Shown here: positions 39,628 through 54,823 of the stretch, in pieces
Layout: each line of letters opens with the position of its first letter
How positions within the stretch are numbered: position 1 is the stretch's first letter
Source of the DNA: Camelus dromedarius
Lineage: Eukaryota
Assembly: GCF_036321535.1 (NCBI RefSeq)
Contig: NC_087472.1
Location: 100,008,001 to 100,072,000 of the forward strand
Length of the DNA stretch: 64,000 nucleotides
Direction: 5' to 3'
Translations under genes and position numbers: made by a program
The notes under the pieces: generated by a model
The model's database searches: none
What the model was told of the DNA's origin: nothing
Seen by the model: the letters and a program-made list of their open reading frames with translations, nothing else

Positions 39628-39944
39628 ACCTTGCTACTCAAAGTGTGGACTAGCAGCATTGGCATCATCTGGGAGCCTGTTAGAAATGCTGAATCTCAGA
39701 TCAGCCCCGGACCTGTTGAATCTGTATCGGCATTTTCACAAGATCCCCAAGTGGATAGTATGCACATTAGCATTTGAGAAGCACTGATCTAAATCATTAA
39801 TTCTCAGCCTGCACATTGGAAGGACCTAGGGACCTTTAAAAAGCACTGATTTCTTGGTCTCAACCCCCAGGAATTACAATTTTATTGGTATGGGGTATAG
39901 CCCCAAGTGATGTTAAATGCGCGGCCAGCTTTGAGAAACACTGG
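39628..39944. mobile_element. Two adjacent MER5-family MITEs
   Basis: tgctactcaaagtgtggactagcagcattggcatcatctgggag..tttgagaagcactg, then ttctcagcct..tttgagaaacactg. Confidence 0.75.
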
Positions 39945-42900
39945 TCTAAGATGTTGCTTTGCACTCTTGACAGCATAGAGCCCAAGATGAGGTTGTAGCC
40001 AGGTTTTACAATTTACAAGCCAGGTGGCAAGTGTGTCTTTTCTAAAGATTGGAAGTGCCTAAATGAGAGGCAGACACGGCAGAGCTCACTGGGCCGCATT
40101 CCCCAGGGCCCCTCTGGCAGGAGGAAGCAGACTAAGGCATGACGTTGAGGTCTGGGCCAGGCCTCCCTCCTCAGACACACCCTGGGGCCTGAGCATCCCT
40201 CCCTGGGCCCTCCAAGTGAGTGAGCTGCTGCCCAAGGAGGGGGGGCGGTTCGCAGGAGGATGGCGCTGAGTCACATGACAAATGCATGTGTGCTTAATTA
40301 AGACGCTTCTCCAGCCTCATTGCCCCTCGAGGTCTCCGGGCCCAGCCCCTAGTAATGATGACAACCACCACCAGCAGTTGTGTTGCTCTTCACACCTCAA
40401 ACATCTTTTCCTTTGAATCAAGAAACTAAGACCCAGAGTTTTTATTACCAGTGGACCACTTAAGTATCAGATGACCCAAGTTTGCTCGCTTCCTCCTCTC
40501 TCTGAGATATCTTGCAGAACATAGAGGTTGGAGTACAGTACACTTAAGGCTCTATTTATTCATTCCTTAAAAAGAAAGTTATCGTTTGTATTTTATAAGG
40601 AAAAATTCCATATTTTACTCTAATATCTGCCTGGTGATGAGGCAGAGAGAAACCATTTTGACCATTTAGAGGACTTGATCATAGAAGAGTGAACATTCTG
40701 TGTCAGAAATAGAATTCTTTCCACACGCTGTGACTCTTGATGAATGTCAGGGTCTACTTTCATCTGCTTTCATGTGAATAGATCTTATTTCTAATTATCA
40801 GTGTTCTGGAAATTTTCTTCTACATGCTGATCTTTTACTCTTTCTCGCTGCAGACTCCTGCCTCGTGTAAAGGGCATCCCCTCACCTGCCAATACTGCCA
40901 TTTTCTCATCCTTACTAGAGTCTCAAAATCCACTAGGGTGGCCATCATCTTGGGTTATGCCTGTGGTCCTGATATAATTATTAATGGTGCCCCAGGTTTA
41001 GAAATAGATTATATGGTCACCCTAAAATCTTCCAGTATTTTGGCCACACTGCCTCTCTCCTTAGTGGTCAGCTACGGCCTCATTGTCCTGCCTTCACTCC
41101 TTGCCATCCTCCTTGGGGACATCCACCACACCTTGATGACATTCTGGTCTCATGAGTGGGTGTCATCTTGCCTCACCCCTCATGACACTCTTCAGTAGAG
41201 CTTGGTTGGGAGCCTCCGGGGAGCCAAGCACATTGCCTTCACTCTAAGTGCCAATTCTTGAATATTGTCTTCCATGACCCCAGCTTCCCACTCTACGTCT
41301 TCCCTTCTTTCACACTTGGTGATCCCGCCCTTGACCTTTCTCATGACCTGAATTCTTGCCCTCGTTCTCTTCTTCCAGGCCGCCTGATTTCTCTTGGTCC
41401 TGCTTGTTTTTAATCCGGCCCAGACTCCTGCCCGTGTTTCTGTGCTGTGTTGACTCACTGTGTCTGCCTTTCCCGCCGGGCTCTGAGCTTGGGAGCCCCA
41501 TAAGGACATGATGATTTTCTTTTTCCCCCTGAATTCCTCTCCTCTCCTGCATGTTTTAGGTCCTCAGTAAATACATTGAATTTGCTGCTCTTTTCCACTT
41601 CTGGAAGCAGAGCCCTTGTGCAAATAATTCTCTCTTCATCACTGCCACCAAAAGCCTAGTTCTTTTGTCTGATTTGTTGAAGTGGACTTATTTTCACTTC
41701 TCATTTTGCTGTCAAAACTTTTCCTGTTTCCCTTAAATTAGCTTCTATTGCTAGGGGGAAAAAAGTCTCAGTTCTCTAAATCTCTATCTCACTCTGGGCA
41801 TCTTGACCCTGTGGCTGTTTTCTGTCCTGCAGTGGACTCGCTTCTCACTTTTCTTGGTTTTCTAAGGCACACTGGCAGTCTTCTTTTTTGAATGTGTAAC
41901 CTTATCCATGAGCCTCGTATTTGTTCTTATACCAAGTAGAACAATTAGACATACTGTGTTCTGCCTTCATGCTTTGCCTCTGTCTTACCTCGAAGTACTC
42001 AATGATCAGCGCTATTAATGTTTTCCTTAAAAAGCAGAATCTAGATGAGCCATCTGAGCTATTTGCCACTGATGGGAGGTATAACATAATGTCACATTCA
42101 CTGTTTTCCCCTGTAGGCGTGCATAAGTTCTAAAGTTATTCTGGATATGCTTTTGCTTATTAAATTTTTCTTTATTGTTTTTCTCACATACGAAGCAGAA
42201 GGCTTTATGACAGTGGTTCCTGGGTGACTGTTTGCATAAAGCTAATGGATTTGCACCATTTAGCAAGTTTGAAAGACAGCCTTTAAAAGAAATGTAGTGC
42301 TAAACAGTATTTGACTGCCTTTTCTGGACAGAATTCTATTATCTGATGGTCTGAAATGAATGTGGAGAGAAGTCCAGTCCTCACATAAGCCAATGGTTCA
42401 CATGTGAAAAGATTTAAGATTATTTGAAACATTGTTAATGATTCTCTCTTCTTTGGTACCAGAGCTCATGGTTGATACCTGTTACCAAAAAAGAACGTTG
42501 GATATCGTGTGTGTGCGTGCATGCGCACGTGTGTGTTTCACACAAATCTCTAAGCTACCTGGAATTAGGGATCGTGTTCTTTTGCATGTTTAATGTTTGG
42601 TGCCTACAGAATGAACTTAAATATAGTTTGCATTTATTAGAGGTTTGTTGAATAAAATATCGTGAAGTGCAAATTAACACAGTTCTGAGTGTTAGAGGAA
42701 AGAGAACGCTTTCATTATAGTCATTTGCCTAAAGGTGACTTTCAAGTTGGGTTTTGAAGATGAGAAGGACTTGTCCAGAAAAAGAGAAGGAAAAAAAAAA
42801 AACAATATGCCAGACATTTCTTCAGAAACAGAGGCTCTGGATTGAAAGACTTAATGTCTAAGGATTAGGAGTGAAGAAATTCCACCCCCTACTCTGTCCT

Positions 42901-44768
42901 AAGATTTTTCTGGTATCGTTGATGACATAACAGTTTCTCAGAGTTGGAAGAACCTCAGAAAGCATCAGATTCTGCCACCACCACCCTTGTTTGTGACTCC
43001 CTTCTTTAGGGACTGATGCTAGATTGTTTAGGGGGTGATGTGACCTGGGCAGGACCTGATTAGTTACCTGGGCTTCTCATTGTCATTTTCCAAGAAAGAT
43101 AAGCATTCTTTCATGTTGTTAGTCTTTTGAACCTTGTTTTGTTCTGAGTAGATCTGAACTTGATGCTTCAAGTGTCTTTGGTTTTTGGTGTTGGTTGGGA
43201 CTAGAATTTATAGTCTTTGAGTGGGGGCCCATTTCCCAAACCCACGTTCTCTCTAAAGGGTCAGTCTGTCCTTGTAACAGATACCACTAGGGAAGAGAAG
43301 GCGGCGAGTGTTTACTTCTCATGATTGACTTATGGAGAACCATCACAAGCTGAGGTAGATGGAGGCTGTCTTGTCCTGCAGGAATCCTAGTCTTGGACTA
43401 CAGGAAAACACAGAACTCAGGGTTAGAAAGAGTCTTCATTGATTTGATGAATATTTATTATATTGGGCCTTGTGCACTGGGCTGGGGGAGTAAAGGTGAA
43501 AACTTCAGAAGTGTTTCTCATCTTGTTGGAATGGAGGCTCTCGTAAGGCACACGTGACTCACATAAGCCATGGTCCTCTGGGGGCTTCTTGCCAGGCCCT
43601 AGGCCAGCTGCGCCCCTGCTGCTTGAGCCCTCCTGGCCCCTTCCCCAACCCCCCTGGTCCTGTGGAGGACCCTGAGTGTGTCTCCATGGGCCCTGAGCAG
43701 GAATCTCCTTACTTTCTTGAGCATTTATTTTTAAAAGTCCTCGGTGTTTCTGGCATCTGGGGGAAAGCCTTTGCTCATTTTGGGCTTTAGCTGGAAGTTG
43801 TCGATCTTAGTCTGAGAATTGGGTTTTTACACAAGGACGTGTACTTGACAGTGGTGTGTATATTGTACACAGACCAGGAAGGCAGAAATACCCAAGTGGG
43901 TAGGTTTATGGCAAGCCAGGTGAATCTTGGATTGGGGCGGTAGAAGTGGCATTGGACCCAGAGGACAAACGCAAGAGATCTCATCAAACTAGAGCAAATC
44001 AGGCTTCCAACCAGTTGGATGTAGGGAAAAACAGAAGTAGTTCTGTGGCCTGAGGTTGAGTGCCTGGGAGGCTATTAGGCTCAGGATGGAAACCTGCAAA
44101 GCCTGAGCCCTCGCTGTCTCCCTAACGCTTGGCACAGAGTTGGTGCTCAGTACATGATTGACAAGTAGATGCACAGAATAGGGATTATTCAAAGGGAAAC
44201 AGGTTTGATCTGGAAGAATGAATAGATGTATCCATTCATGTAGTGAGCAAACATGGAGTTCGTTACAGTGGGGGAAGGGCTTTTCATGCTGACAACTGTG
44301 CCCCCTCAGCGCGGAAAGGAGGGAGTACATTAATGAGCTTGCGTAGGGTGTGATTTTTCTTACACTTGGCTGACTGTCACCAAGCCTTTCTTAATTCCGA
44401 CAAGCTTTGTGACAGGCTAATCAAAGAGAACATTTGTGCATGTGATGTTTTCGAAACCACTTTTGCAGTTAATGAAATAATTTTATTTCAGTAAAATTAA
44501 AATGAAGAAAATACATACCCTCCTATCTTTAAAGAAAAAAAAAAAAGGATCGTATTAATCCAGGGCCTCTAAACGCAGCACCGGGCTGAGTCCCAGCCAG
44601 CCACTCTAGCACACTTAAGCTTTTGTTTTCCCATCCGACTTTGGGATCTGTGCTGATTTAGTGTTAGTAACCATCGTCGCACTGATAGCAGCCTCAAGGA
44701 AAGGGCCTCCATTCTCTCTGTGGGGTGCTCGCCCTGTTTCTCACTCTCTGCTCTCTCCTGTTTCCTAG

Positions 44769-45185
<417 letters not shown>

Positions 45186-48100
45186 AGAATCACTGGGTGC
45201 TCCATTGGTAAGTGGATGGCCTGCATCCCACATAGCACCTCCTTGACCCACCACCATTCCTGCGGAGCTGAGGCTTGGGAAAGGTAGCTACAGTACTGGT
45301 GGATCGGTTGCCAAGGATACTAAACAGCATTGCTGGTGTGTACACTGCTTGGATGAATGAATATGGTTGTTCAAGAAACTCGATGGTGTTGGTACCAACC
45401 AAGACTATGGCCTGTAGATCCTTAGATTGGTTTGAAGCTAGGGGCCACACCTCTGAGGCTTTTTGATAGCTTGCTTGCTTGTATTGTTTAACTAAAGGAT
45501 GTTCTGTTCCACATCTGTTATTCTTTCTAGGAATTAAGTTTAGGTTCAGAGAATCTAGTGCTTTATAATATATATTTGTAGAGACAAGTGAGCACAGGAT
45601 GACATAATCTTCATGTCATTTTGCATGTTTTGGCAGGATCAGCAGATCCCTGACAGTGATGTTTTATGTGTTTTCATTCATTCACTTTGTACTTATTGGG
45701 TCCCTTCTTGGGGCTGGCCTCTGTGCGGGGGATGGGAAGTGAGGAGGACACACAGTGGCTGCCTTTGTGGGCTTAGATTGGGGCTGCAGGGGGTCACCCA
45801 GACTGCCCGTTTCACCCTTCTCCCCAGTCTCTGCGAACCTGGCTAAGGGTGTTCACATCCGAAGCATTTGGATGCCAATTCCTTTCTAGTGACTCCCCTC
45901 CCTTTGGCCAAGGAGTCTTAGCAATCATGCCATCCTGCTAGACATTTGCCTCCCACTTGCTGCCGATTGAGGTGGTGTGATTTTGAAGGCTAAGGTAAAA
46001 TCTGGATTATTCTTTTAACACGTGGGCGAAGCCTGTGTTGCCTACATTGTAGCACCCTGTCTTCAAGTCCCCACTTGTGTTTTAGTGGGGCAATAAATTC
46101 ACTCAAGTGAGAGACTCCACGGCACACTTTTCTGGAAGCTCTGCTCTGTTACGTAAGGTGTTACAGGAGGACTCCCGCTGAGAGAGCGAAGTTGTCAGTG
46201 ATGAGTAGGCTCGTCCTGGCCTGCTCGCTGAGGCGTGCACGCTCTTTGGGGCCCATGGGCATCTTTCCCACCCGAGACGGGCTGCCACCATCTCTTTGAT
46301 AGGTCTTTTAACCCTGTTCCTAAGCAGCAGAAAACTCCATTTTAGGGAAACAATAGTTACACCTGTCAAAGTAATACCTACAGCTGAGGAGTGATTGGAT
46401 AATGTGACATTTAGCTTTTAGAAGATTCAGAGTATTACATCCTTTTCATCCCCTCTGGCCTGTAAAACCCACCAGCCGGCTTTGCATTGGTTGTTTTTTG
46501 AGCCTTTATTGCTGCCCCCGGCGTGTTGGTGACAGTGTGACTGGAGACGGGGCTGTGGTGTGCTGAGGTGACTGTGTAAAGATGATTAGCGTCATTAACA
46601 CAAGTGCACTATGGGGCTGACAGCGTCTGCAACATTATTCTGCCATCGGTTTCAGCAGATGTCATCTTGTCTTGCCAGTGGCTGGGGTTGCAGTCATTCA
46701 CCCAGAAAAGAGGACGATCTGTGATGATTAGGGTAGACAGCAGCAAGCAGCCTTTATTCAACAGCAGACCTCTTGAATCAGTAGCATCACCAAAGCATCC
46801 TAATGAGGCTGGCGTCTTTTCTGCTGGGGCACGGATTCCAGTGGTTACTGCGGGGCCTTCGGAACTCCTGGAGGTCTTTCTTTCCAAGGGCGCTCAGTGC
46901 GTTTCTTCTCACCAGGGCAGCAGAGGCTCTGCGGCTTTTCCTCAAGATGTTCCCGGAGAGTACCAGTCGGTCTCTTGGTGCAGATTTTGGAGCAATTATG
47001 TAAGCTATTTATGAGAGAACCTAGATTCAATGGCTGCCTGTTTATTTTGAGCCTTGACAATAAAACTGAATATCAGAATGGAAAGATTAAATATTCCAAC
47101 AGCGCTGATGAGGCAACACGCATGCTCTGTCATGACTGAAGCAAAACGGGGACCTTGGACTCTGAACAGCAGAAACAATATCTTACTGTCATTAAAAAAA
47201 ATATAGAACAGGTATTCTGAAAGGTGATGTTTCTGTAAGATGGTATCTTAAGAAAGTCTCAGGATCCAGTTCTTTTAAGAGAAACTGTTCAGGTCACCAG
47301 AATGCACTAGTATGCACTGATTTGGGGGGGCTCTTCTGAGTTTGAGTTTGTATAGTGCCGAGAACTGGGGCATTGCTCAGATTCCCAGAGGTATTTCCCT
47401 AGTGAATGCTCTAGTGGAGGGTCTGCCTCTCAGCCTCAGGGACACAGAAACCTGCCCTCAAAGATTTCGAAGGATGCCTGTGACTGATGCCGGGTCCCAT
47501 TTGCAAACTCACAGAGACTTACCAGGGAGCAGACTGCCAGTTTACTGATCGCAATAAGAACTAAAGTGTCAGCCCATGTGGAGCGGTGGGTCTGCCTACC
47601 CTGGGCATTTGCTCCCTGCGGGCCTGATTCCTTAGAAGCCAGATGCTACAGGAAACTGCATTTACTTGGTGCTTTCTGGGAGAGCAAGGAATGAAAAGAA
47701 GAGGAGCTAATTGTTCTCACGAAGGGTGTTGCAGGTAGAGCTAGGGGCCCCCTCATGCACTGAGGGAAAGGGGAGCCAAGGGAACTGTATGTTGAGTTCA
47801 GCTAAGCCCAAATGATGTTTGCAAGAGTGCTGCCCCCATGGCCTCCGCAACTCACCATTTTCCTCTATTTTCATGCCTGATGGGACTCTTCCCGTCCATT
47901 GTCAATCTCCAACACATCATGGTACAGTCAAGTAGGTTCCCCACAGTCTCTGTTACAATTGAGTGCCAACCTTAAGATTGCTCAGCAGGAGTTTTGTAAG
48001 TTCCAAACTTTTGCAGGAAAGGACGTCTCTTGCTTCTTTCCCATAATGGCTAATCCACTGTAGCTGAATTTTGTGGTTTAATTCTGACTGCATTCTCTTT

Positions 48101-48644
48101 ACCAAGATCTTAGGAGGCCCCTGACCTTAGCCCCTATCATCTGACAATCCAGTTTATAAAACTGTCCTCAGCCAAAATTTTCTTTGTTCCTAGTTATGTC
48201 CTTCAGCCTTTTGAGAACCAATATTCTTTCTAATTTCTGAAGATGCCCAATGAATTCTTTCCCTGTTTTTAGTCTTCCAAAAAGAAAGAAATATGTGCTT
48301 ATAAGAAGCAGCATTATGAATAAAATTCACCTATGACATTATTTGTCTGTACATTTAATTTTCTGGGTAATTTCACATGCAGAGATGGGGCTCATCAAGA
48401 CTTTGGTGTTGCCCATGTCTGACCAAATGGCGGAGCCCCCGCTGAGTTGCCCTGAAGTGGCCCAGGTGGCTCTCCTTCTTGCTTCTCTGTTGGTATTTAG
48501 AGCCTGTGCTCTCCTGGTTGAGCCCCTCATTCAGTCTACTCTTGCCTAAAGTGCTTCTCTCTCATCACGCCATCTGAACTGTCATCTCTTTGAAGGCTGA
48601 GCCCGTGTCCCAGGTTTCTCCTTCATGGGGTCTAACAGTGTGTG

Positions 48645-48984
48645 TGTCTTAGTCAGTTCAGGCTAGTATAACAAAATGCCGTAGACTAGATGGCTTATAA
48701 ACAACAGAAATCTATTTCTCACAGTCCTGGAGGCTAGGAAGTCCAAGATTTGGCATCTGGTGAGGACCCACTTCCTGATTCATAGATAGCTGTCTTCTTG
48801 CTGTGTCCTATGTGACAGAAGAGATGAGGGAGCTCTCTGGGGTCTCTTTCATAATGGCACTAATCTCATTCACAAGGGCTCCATCCTCATGACCTACTCT
48901 CTTCCCAGAGGCCACCCATGGGGGATTAAGTTTCAACGTAAGAATTTTGTGTCCATTCAGTGGACAAACGTTCAGTCCTTAGCA
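48645..48984 (-). mobile_element. MaLR solo LTR (MLT1A-like)
   Basis: TG..CA ends; tggcttataaacaacagaaat..tctcacagtcctggaggctaggaagtccaagat. The 5-bp flanks gtgtg and gcatg could both derive from a gcgtg TSD by CpG decay. Confidence 0.9.
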
Positions 48985-51900
48985 GCATGCTTGATACCCT
49001 AGTTGGCACTCAGGAATCCCTTGTCATTTGGTCATTTAATGACAAGGTATAGTTTCTCTCCCTCCTCTCCCTCCTCTCCCTCCCCTCCTACTTTCTGCTC
49101 CTTCCTGTAATAGTCTGAAAGAAGAGGAAGAGTCATGGGAGGGGCAAGAGGAAGCCAGATCCCTTGTCAGATTTCTCTTCCCAGACAAAGCGGGGCCCAG
49201 ATCCATCATCCAGATGTGAGGTCTGGACATGGAGTCAAGGCATCACTTTCAGGGTGGGGTAGATGGAGTGAAGGAGTGAGCTAAGGGGGTGAGTTGAGAG
49301 TGTAGGGAAAAACCAAACACCAAAGCCTGGGTGGCTACCCAGTAGGCCGCAGTCTGGAGGGGCCTAGCCAAGAGGGAGACCATGGATGTAAGCCACCAGG
49401 CCAGAGGCTAAGGAGAGGAAGCTTGAGAGAGAGCCTGCCAAGAGCAGGTTTTGTGGTAGCTCCTGGGGAATCTCATGGGCTGGGGACTCTGTAGGGTGCA
49501 GAGGAGCAAAGCCCCAGATGTACTCTTCAAAGGTCTTGTCAATCCACCCAGGGAAGGAGAGGAAAGGGCAGAGTGGAGGCCTCCATGTGTTGCTAGAGCC
49601 ATGAGGGCCTTGGTCAGGAACTGTCCATTGGTGTCCACTCTCCAGCCTCAAAGAGAGACACCTCCAGAGAACTTAAATGCCTGGAGTAGGGCTTCCCAGG
49701 GCTCAAAATCAAGCTAAAATTTGCTTTGGGGAAATTTACCATAGTCCTCTAACAAAGCGCCTCCCCCCCTGAAGGGTACCCAGCCATTAGGAGTACTCTC
49801 CTCTGGTTATTTTCAGCAAATCACATGTCTGGGGCCAGAGATATGAAGGCAAATGGGCTTAAGAGGCCAAGTGGCAAATCAGAATTCCTGCCAGAGAGGA
49901 CAGTTGAGCCAGTTGACAAGCTCCTTCATTTGGGACTGGCCAGACTTGCTGCACAAAGGGCAGGGTCACTTCTGAAATGCTTCAGCTGGAAGCACAACTT
50001 GCCTTCTTGCTGTCTTCACTCCAGAACATCCAGATCTATTTCCTTCCCAGTAATAATGGTACGAAATCTAATCTAGTTAACATAGCCTTTGAAGAATGGT
50101 GTTTGCTTCTCTGTCCAAGCCGGATCTACCCACAGGCAGATTCACACGCAGGCACACACAGGCCTGGATGCTCTGCACCTGTGAGGACCGTGGAAGGCAT
50201 TCTGCTCTCCCAGAAATCAGAAAATGTTGGCCCATTGATTTTGTTATGAACATTTTTATGTTGACTCTTTTTTACTGAATTTCCAGTCTGGACACTGAGA
50301 GATGTGAGTCCTGGGCCCATTTTAGCTACCAACTAGCTGTTAACATGGCCCCTCTGGCCTCAGTTTTCTCAGCTTAAAGGGGACCCTTTGATCACTCAGA
50401 GCTGTAATGTCCTCTGTTCTTAGCATCAGTCTGTAAATGGAACAGGATGACGCCACCTGAGCTTGAAGCTGGAGTGTTTTATTTTCACTATGGAGGGAGG
50501 AGAATAAATAGAACAAGTGCCTCTAAAAAATTCATGACTTAAAATACTTGACTGAGTTGAAAGGATGTTTCTGTCTGTGCACCTTCAGGAGCTGGTTAAT
50601 GCTGGTTAACTAAATAGAGAAAATGTTGACCTACTGCTTAACCTGGAAAATCAATTACATGTTGTGTTTACGTCTTCTTATTTGAGAATCATGAACTCCC
50701 ATGATGAATTTTTTTATTGCCACATTTTGCTATAGATTTCCCCAGTCTGCCTGCTTTGTCCTCACTGCCCTATCTTCCTGTGGCATTCAAAGAAAAAAAA
50801 TCATTGTCAGCTCATGTGAATACTTTATGAATCATTTGCAGGGTGGGGGTGGTCTAGAGCTATAGGGAACCCTGGCCCCGATTTTTGTTCAGAATTATCT
50901 TGCAAGACATATCCTCTGGAAAACGTGGCATCATTTCTCATCCAAGGAGGCAGGAAGGCTAAATTTGATGGAACCAGAGGCTGAAATCAGTCAAGGGGGG
51001 GAAAAAAAAACCAACAACTGGTAAACCTCCTCTGCTGCTAAGCAAAGCCGGCACCTGGCCAGCGTCGATCAAGCGTGGTGGATGCAAGACAGACAGCTCA
51101 CAAACTGCTCCTTCCTTTCAAAATTGCCCCACCTGCCTCCGCAGCTGCCAGGCCTCCCAGCACAATGTCACACCTCTGCCTCCTTCCTCTGCCATCCAAG
51201 CACACATTTGGCCTGACCCTGGTCTCCAAAGGCTGTCAGCACAGTGCTTCCCATTCCTTCTCTCTCGGTGCCCCTCCACTCTGCCGGTTGCATTTCATGT
51301 GTCTGCTACATGCCAAATCTGACACAACATTAAGGATTTTTTTTCTTTAAACAGTAATCTTGGAAAATATGATGACTTGTAATTGTCTTTTTTTATTTGA
51401 GGCCCTGTGGTTTGAGGCAAGGTCGCTGGGGGAACGGCCTCAGTAAGTGGAGGTTCATGGGAAATTGGTTAGAAAAGTGTTCCAACAACAGAGAGGAAGG
51501 AAGACATCCAGGGGGTGGGCATTGTTGAGGCTTGGCTGGGAAAAATCAGGTCATGGGGTGTTGGCAGTTTCACGCATAAGATATTACTCTGATCCTGAGG
51601 TTAAGAAGGGTTAATTGGCAGAGTTTCAATAATAACTTCATTAGGTAAACACACATCCGACCCCAGCCTAACTTATACAAAGACTGAGAAGGGAGGAATC
51701 AAAAGGAAGGATCGAGGGAGAGAGCTAGAAGGGACTGGCAGCAGGGGTAAGAGTGGTAAGATCTGTGAGCAGAACAGATCCATCTGGTGGGGGGGCCTGT
51801 TCCCATGCAGAGGGGCCCTTGGAGTATCCTTCTTTCTTTCCTTTTTATAATAAAGTTTATACGCATATAGAGAGTACAGAAAAATAATAAGGAAACACAC

Positions 51901-52134
51901 ATGTATGCACTCATAATCCTACAAGAGATCAGCACTATAAATTTCTCTCTTCCCAGTCTTTTCCCCTTTCTGTATATATTGTAACATGGTTGAGCTCATA
52001 CTGTAGCTGCAATTTGATACTTTTTTTCCTTAATGTTAACATACTACAGTTCCCTGTGCTTTTGTAAACTCTCTGTGGTTTATGACTGAGAGATAGTTTG
52101 TCTTGCGGACGCCATCTGGCAGGAGGGACCCTTC

Positions 52135-52445
52135 GCAGTGGTTAAGAGCATGCCTGCGGGTCAGATAGCCCTGGGCTGGATTCTCAGCCCCCTGCCCCAT
52201 TTAATGGTGACCTGGGGAATGACTTCATCTCTCGAAGCCTCAATTATTTCATCTGCAAAATGGGCCTAATAATATCACTCCTTATAGAGTTGTCACGAGG
52301 ACTGAACAAGGCAGTGCTTACTGATTTCCTCTGTTTGTGAAATCTCCTCCTCCTAAGAGGGAGGTAATATTATCTCCATTTTACAGTCAGGAAGATTCAT
52401 CTAGGTGAGGTCACCTGCCCAGTGTCCATGGCTAAAAATGGAAAG
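52135..52445. mobile_element. Two MIR fragments, + then -
   Basis: gtggttaagagcatg..gcctcaattatttcatctgcaaaatggg (+); tattatctccattttacag..aggtcacctgccca (-). Confidence 0.75.
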
Positions 52446-53696
52446 AGCCACAATGTGTAATAACAGTCACGTCTTAAAGCCCCACCTCTTACCCACCATG
52501 CTGTAGTTTTACTTGGGGTCACTTGGCCAAATCACCCAGCTAGTAAAGAGCAAAGCTGAGATGTCATCGAATGCAGAGCCTACATGCTGTGCTACTTCCT
52601 GAGAAGGTTCTTTGTGGGTCTCATATTCTCTGGGTCTTACTGCAAACCATTTCTTCCTGTGCCCTGGTAATGTATCAGGCACAGGGAGGCACTGGTAGGT
52701 GGGGCCAAGGATGACCGGGTGCTTTCTCTGGTCCCCACAGCAGTGTCACAGCAGTACATTCTCTGTGCAGAGGAGAGTCCATGGAGCTTTTTTAAAGTCA
52801 CAAGTATATGATACCCAGAGAGGGTCTGAAGTGTCAGCAGTGACATGGATCATATGCGCAAACCGTCCCCGTTTCCATCTTTCCTTAATGATCTAGGTGA
52901 TGAGATGATTCTCCCCTTGCCTTTGGCTCCCTTCTCCCCTGTCCAAGAATGGTGTCCAAGAATTGTGCCCTGGCTGGACTCTCAGCCCCAGGACATTTGC
53001 CAAGTCCAGCTTGACTGTCTCCTTTCTACAGCCAATCCTGGGTGAGCAAGGAGATGCCATTGATTGCACTGCTGCCTCGTCACCTCCAGAGTGATAGGAT
53101 GAGAGAGAAAAACAAATAGTGGCTGATATGCAAAGAAACTCCATTTTGTTCTCCAGGGTACAGCTGGTCTGTGGGGGACTTTGCAAGGGACCTACTAGCC
53201 TTGGGTTGAAAAGGGGCAGAAGGCTTCGCACCCTACCCAGGTGCAGGGGCCCCCCAGCCTGCATTTTGTTGCAGGTCCCACATCCAGAGCAGATCTAATT
53301 TAGAGCCATCCCAGCGACTCTTTCTGAATTGCTTGGTTATTCAGCAGATTAAATCTTAATTGCAAATGCGACTTCAGTGTAGGAGTACCATTGTGCTTGC
53401 TGGTTGCAGGCCATTTTTTGCTGAGCCGTGCTTTTCCAGAAGGCTGTTACAAATTTAGAAAGGGGGAAATGGTATTTCATTTGTCCATCAGAGCTTTGTT
53501 TTGCAGCCTGAATTTATTTTAGTGTTTGTTTAAAGGTGCCAAAACCTGACATCCCTGGAGAGAGAATTGCTCAATTTTTTTGGAGAGCTTCTCTGGACTG
53601 TCCAAACTACATCTAGAAAACACTGTCTGTGGTCCTTATGTGAGCGGCCGGGCTTGCCAACAATCTCATGTAGTATCACTTTGATTAATTTTTCAG

Positions 53697-53748
53697 AGAC
53701 CCAAGAAGCCACCTCCTCCATCCGCTCCAGTCATCAAGCAAGGGGCAG
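53697..53748 (+). CDS. SH3KBP1: SH3KBP1 coding exon (52 nt; about exon 10), start of proline-rich region
   Basis: Acceptor ttaatttttcAG, donor CAG|GTAATA. Translates RPKKPPPPSAPVIKQGA plus 1 nt. Phase 0-1. Confidence 0.96.
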
Positions 53749-54805
53749 GTAATATACCTTTCAGTTCTGTCAACACGATGTTTGTCTTTCTCTCTGTGTA
53801 TATTTATAGCATCCTTGGTAGAACTCAGGAGTCTTAGAGTCACATGCCACAGATGACCAGATTGGAAAGTAAGGATTTGGTCTCAGCAGGCAGGTTTTAA
53901 ATATACTACTGTTTTCCCTAAAAAATAAACATATCATTAAAATGTATCCCAGATATACAGGGGTAAAAATCTGGCCTCCCAAAGACTTTGTGTTTGAATA
54001 AACCAGTTTTGTTTGCTTTGTTTTTCTTTTTTTAATAAACCACTTTTGAAGAGAGAAGAATGAATTGTCTCCTTTGCCGGTGCCTGTCGGTGGAGGGTCA
54101 GCCTAAGGGGAGCTGCCTCCCACAGTCACAGCGGCGCTGTGCATGGAGAGCTGCGCTCAATTTTCAGTTTCTGTCCCGTGTGGTTAACCAAAATTTGTAC
54201 TTACTTTGCTTACCCCAGACCCCCCAAAAATGTTTTTCTAGCAATACTTTCCCTCATGATTCTTTTCTAATCTGGAAAGGAGTCCAGTTAATTCACTTTT
54301 TCTGTGTGGTTCAAATGTCAAGGTTGAATAATAGAGGAAGACTTGATGTTGTTGGATACTTGGTAATCCTTTGCACCCTGGACTCTCAGACATAAAGATC
54401 AGTATTTGTAGTTCCCAATAGAGCTCCTCTTTATAATTGTTAAAAACTAATTATAGGGAGAACTTCCTTCATGAATAACTAGTTAAGTGGCATTTTGAAA
54501 AATTAACAACTAGAACTGAAGAAGACTGGGGGTATTTTTAGTTCTGTATGTTCATAATTATATTTCTATAGCATTTAAAGTATGAATACATTTCCGGATT
54601 GGTTTATTCAACAGATTTATTAGGAATGATTTTTTTTTCCATTCTTTTGGCCCACGAAGTTAGGGGAAAAAGTCAGCTGGACCCCACATTCTTTTCCCAT
54701 TCCCTTCAGCGGAGTTGAGCATTACAGAGATTAAGCCCTGAAAAGGGATGTTAATTACATCTCCTGCTCAGCCCCCGCCCTCGTTTGTGTCGAGCAGTTT
54801 AATTT

Positions 54806-54823
54806 TGCCACCTAGTGGTTCTG
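54806..54823 (-). promoter_or_regulatory. Candidate CTCF site
   Basis: Minus strand CCACTAGGTGGCA matches the CTCF core CCACYAGRKGGCR; motif only, no binding data. Confidence 0.5.
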
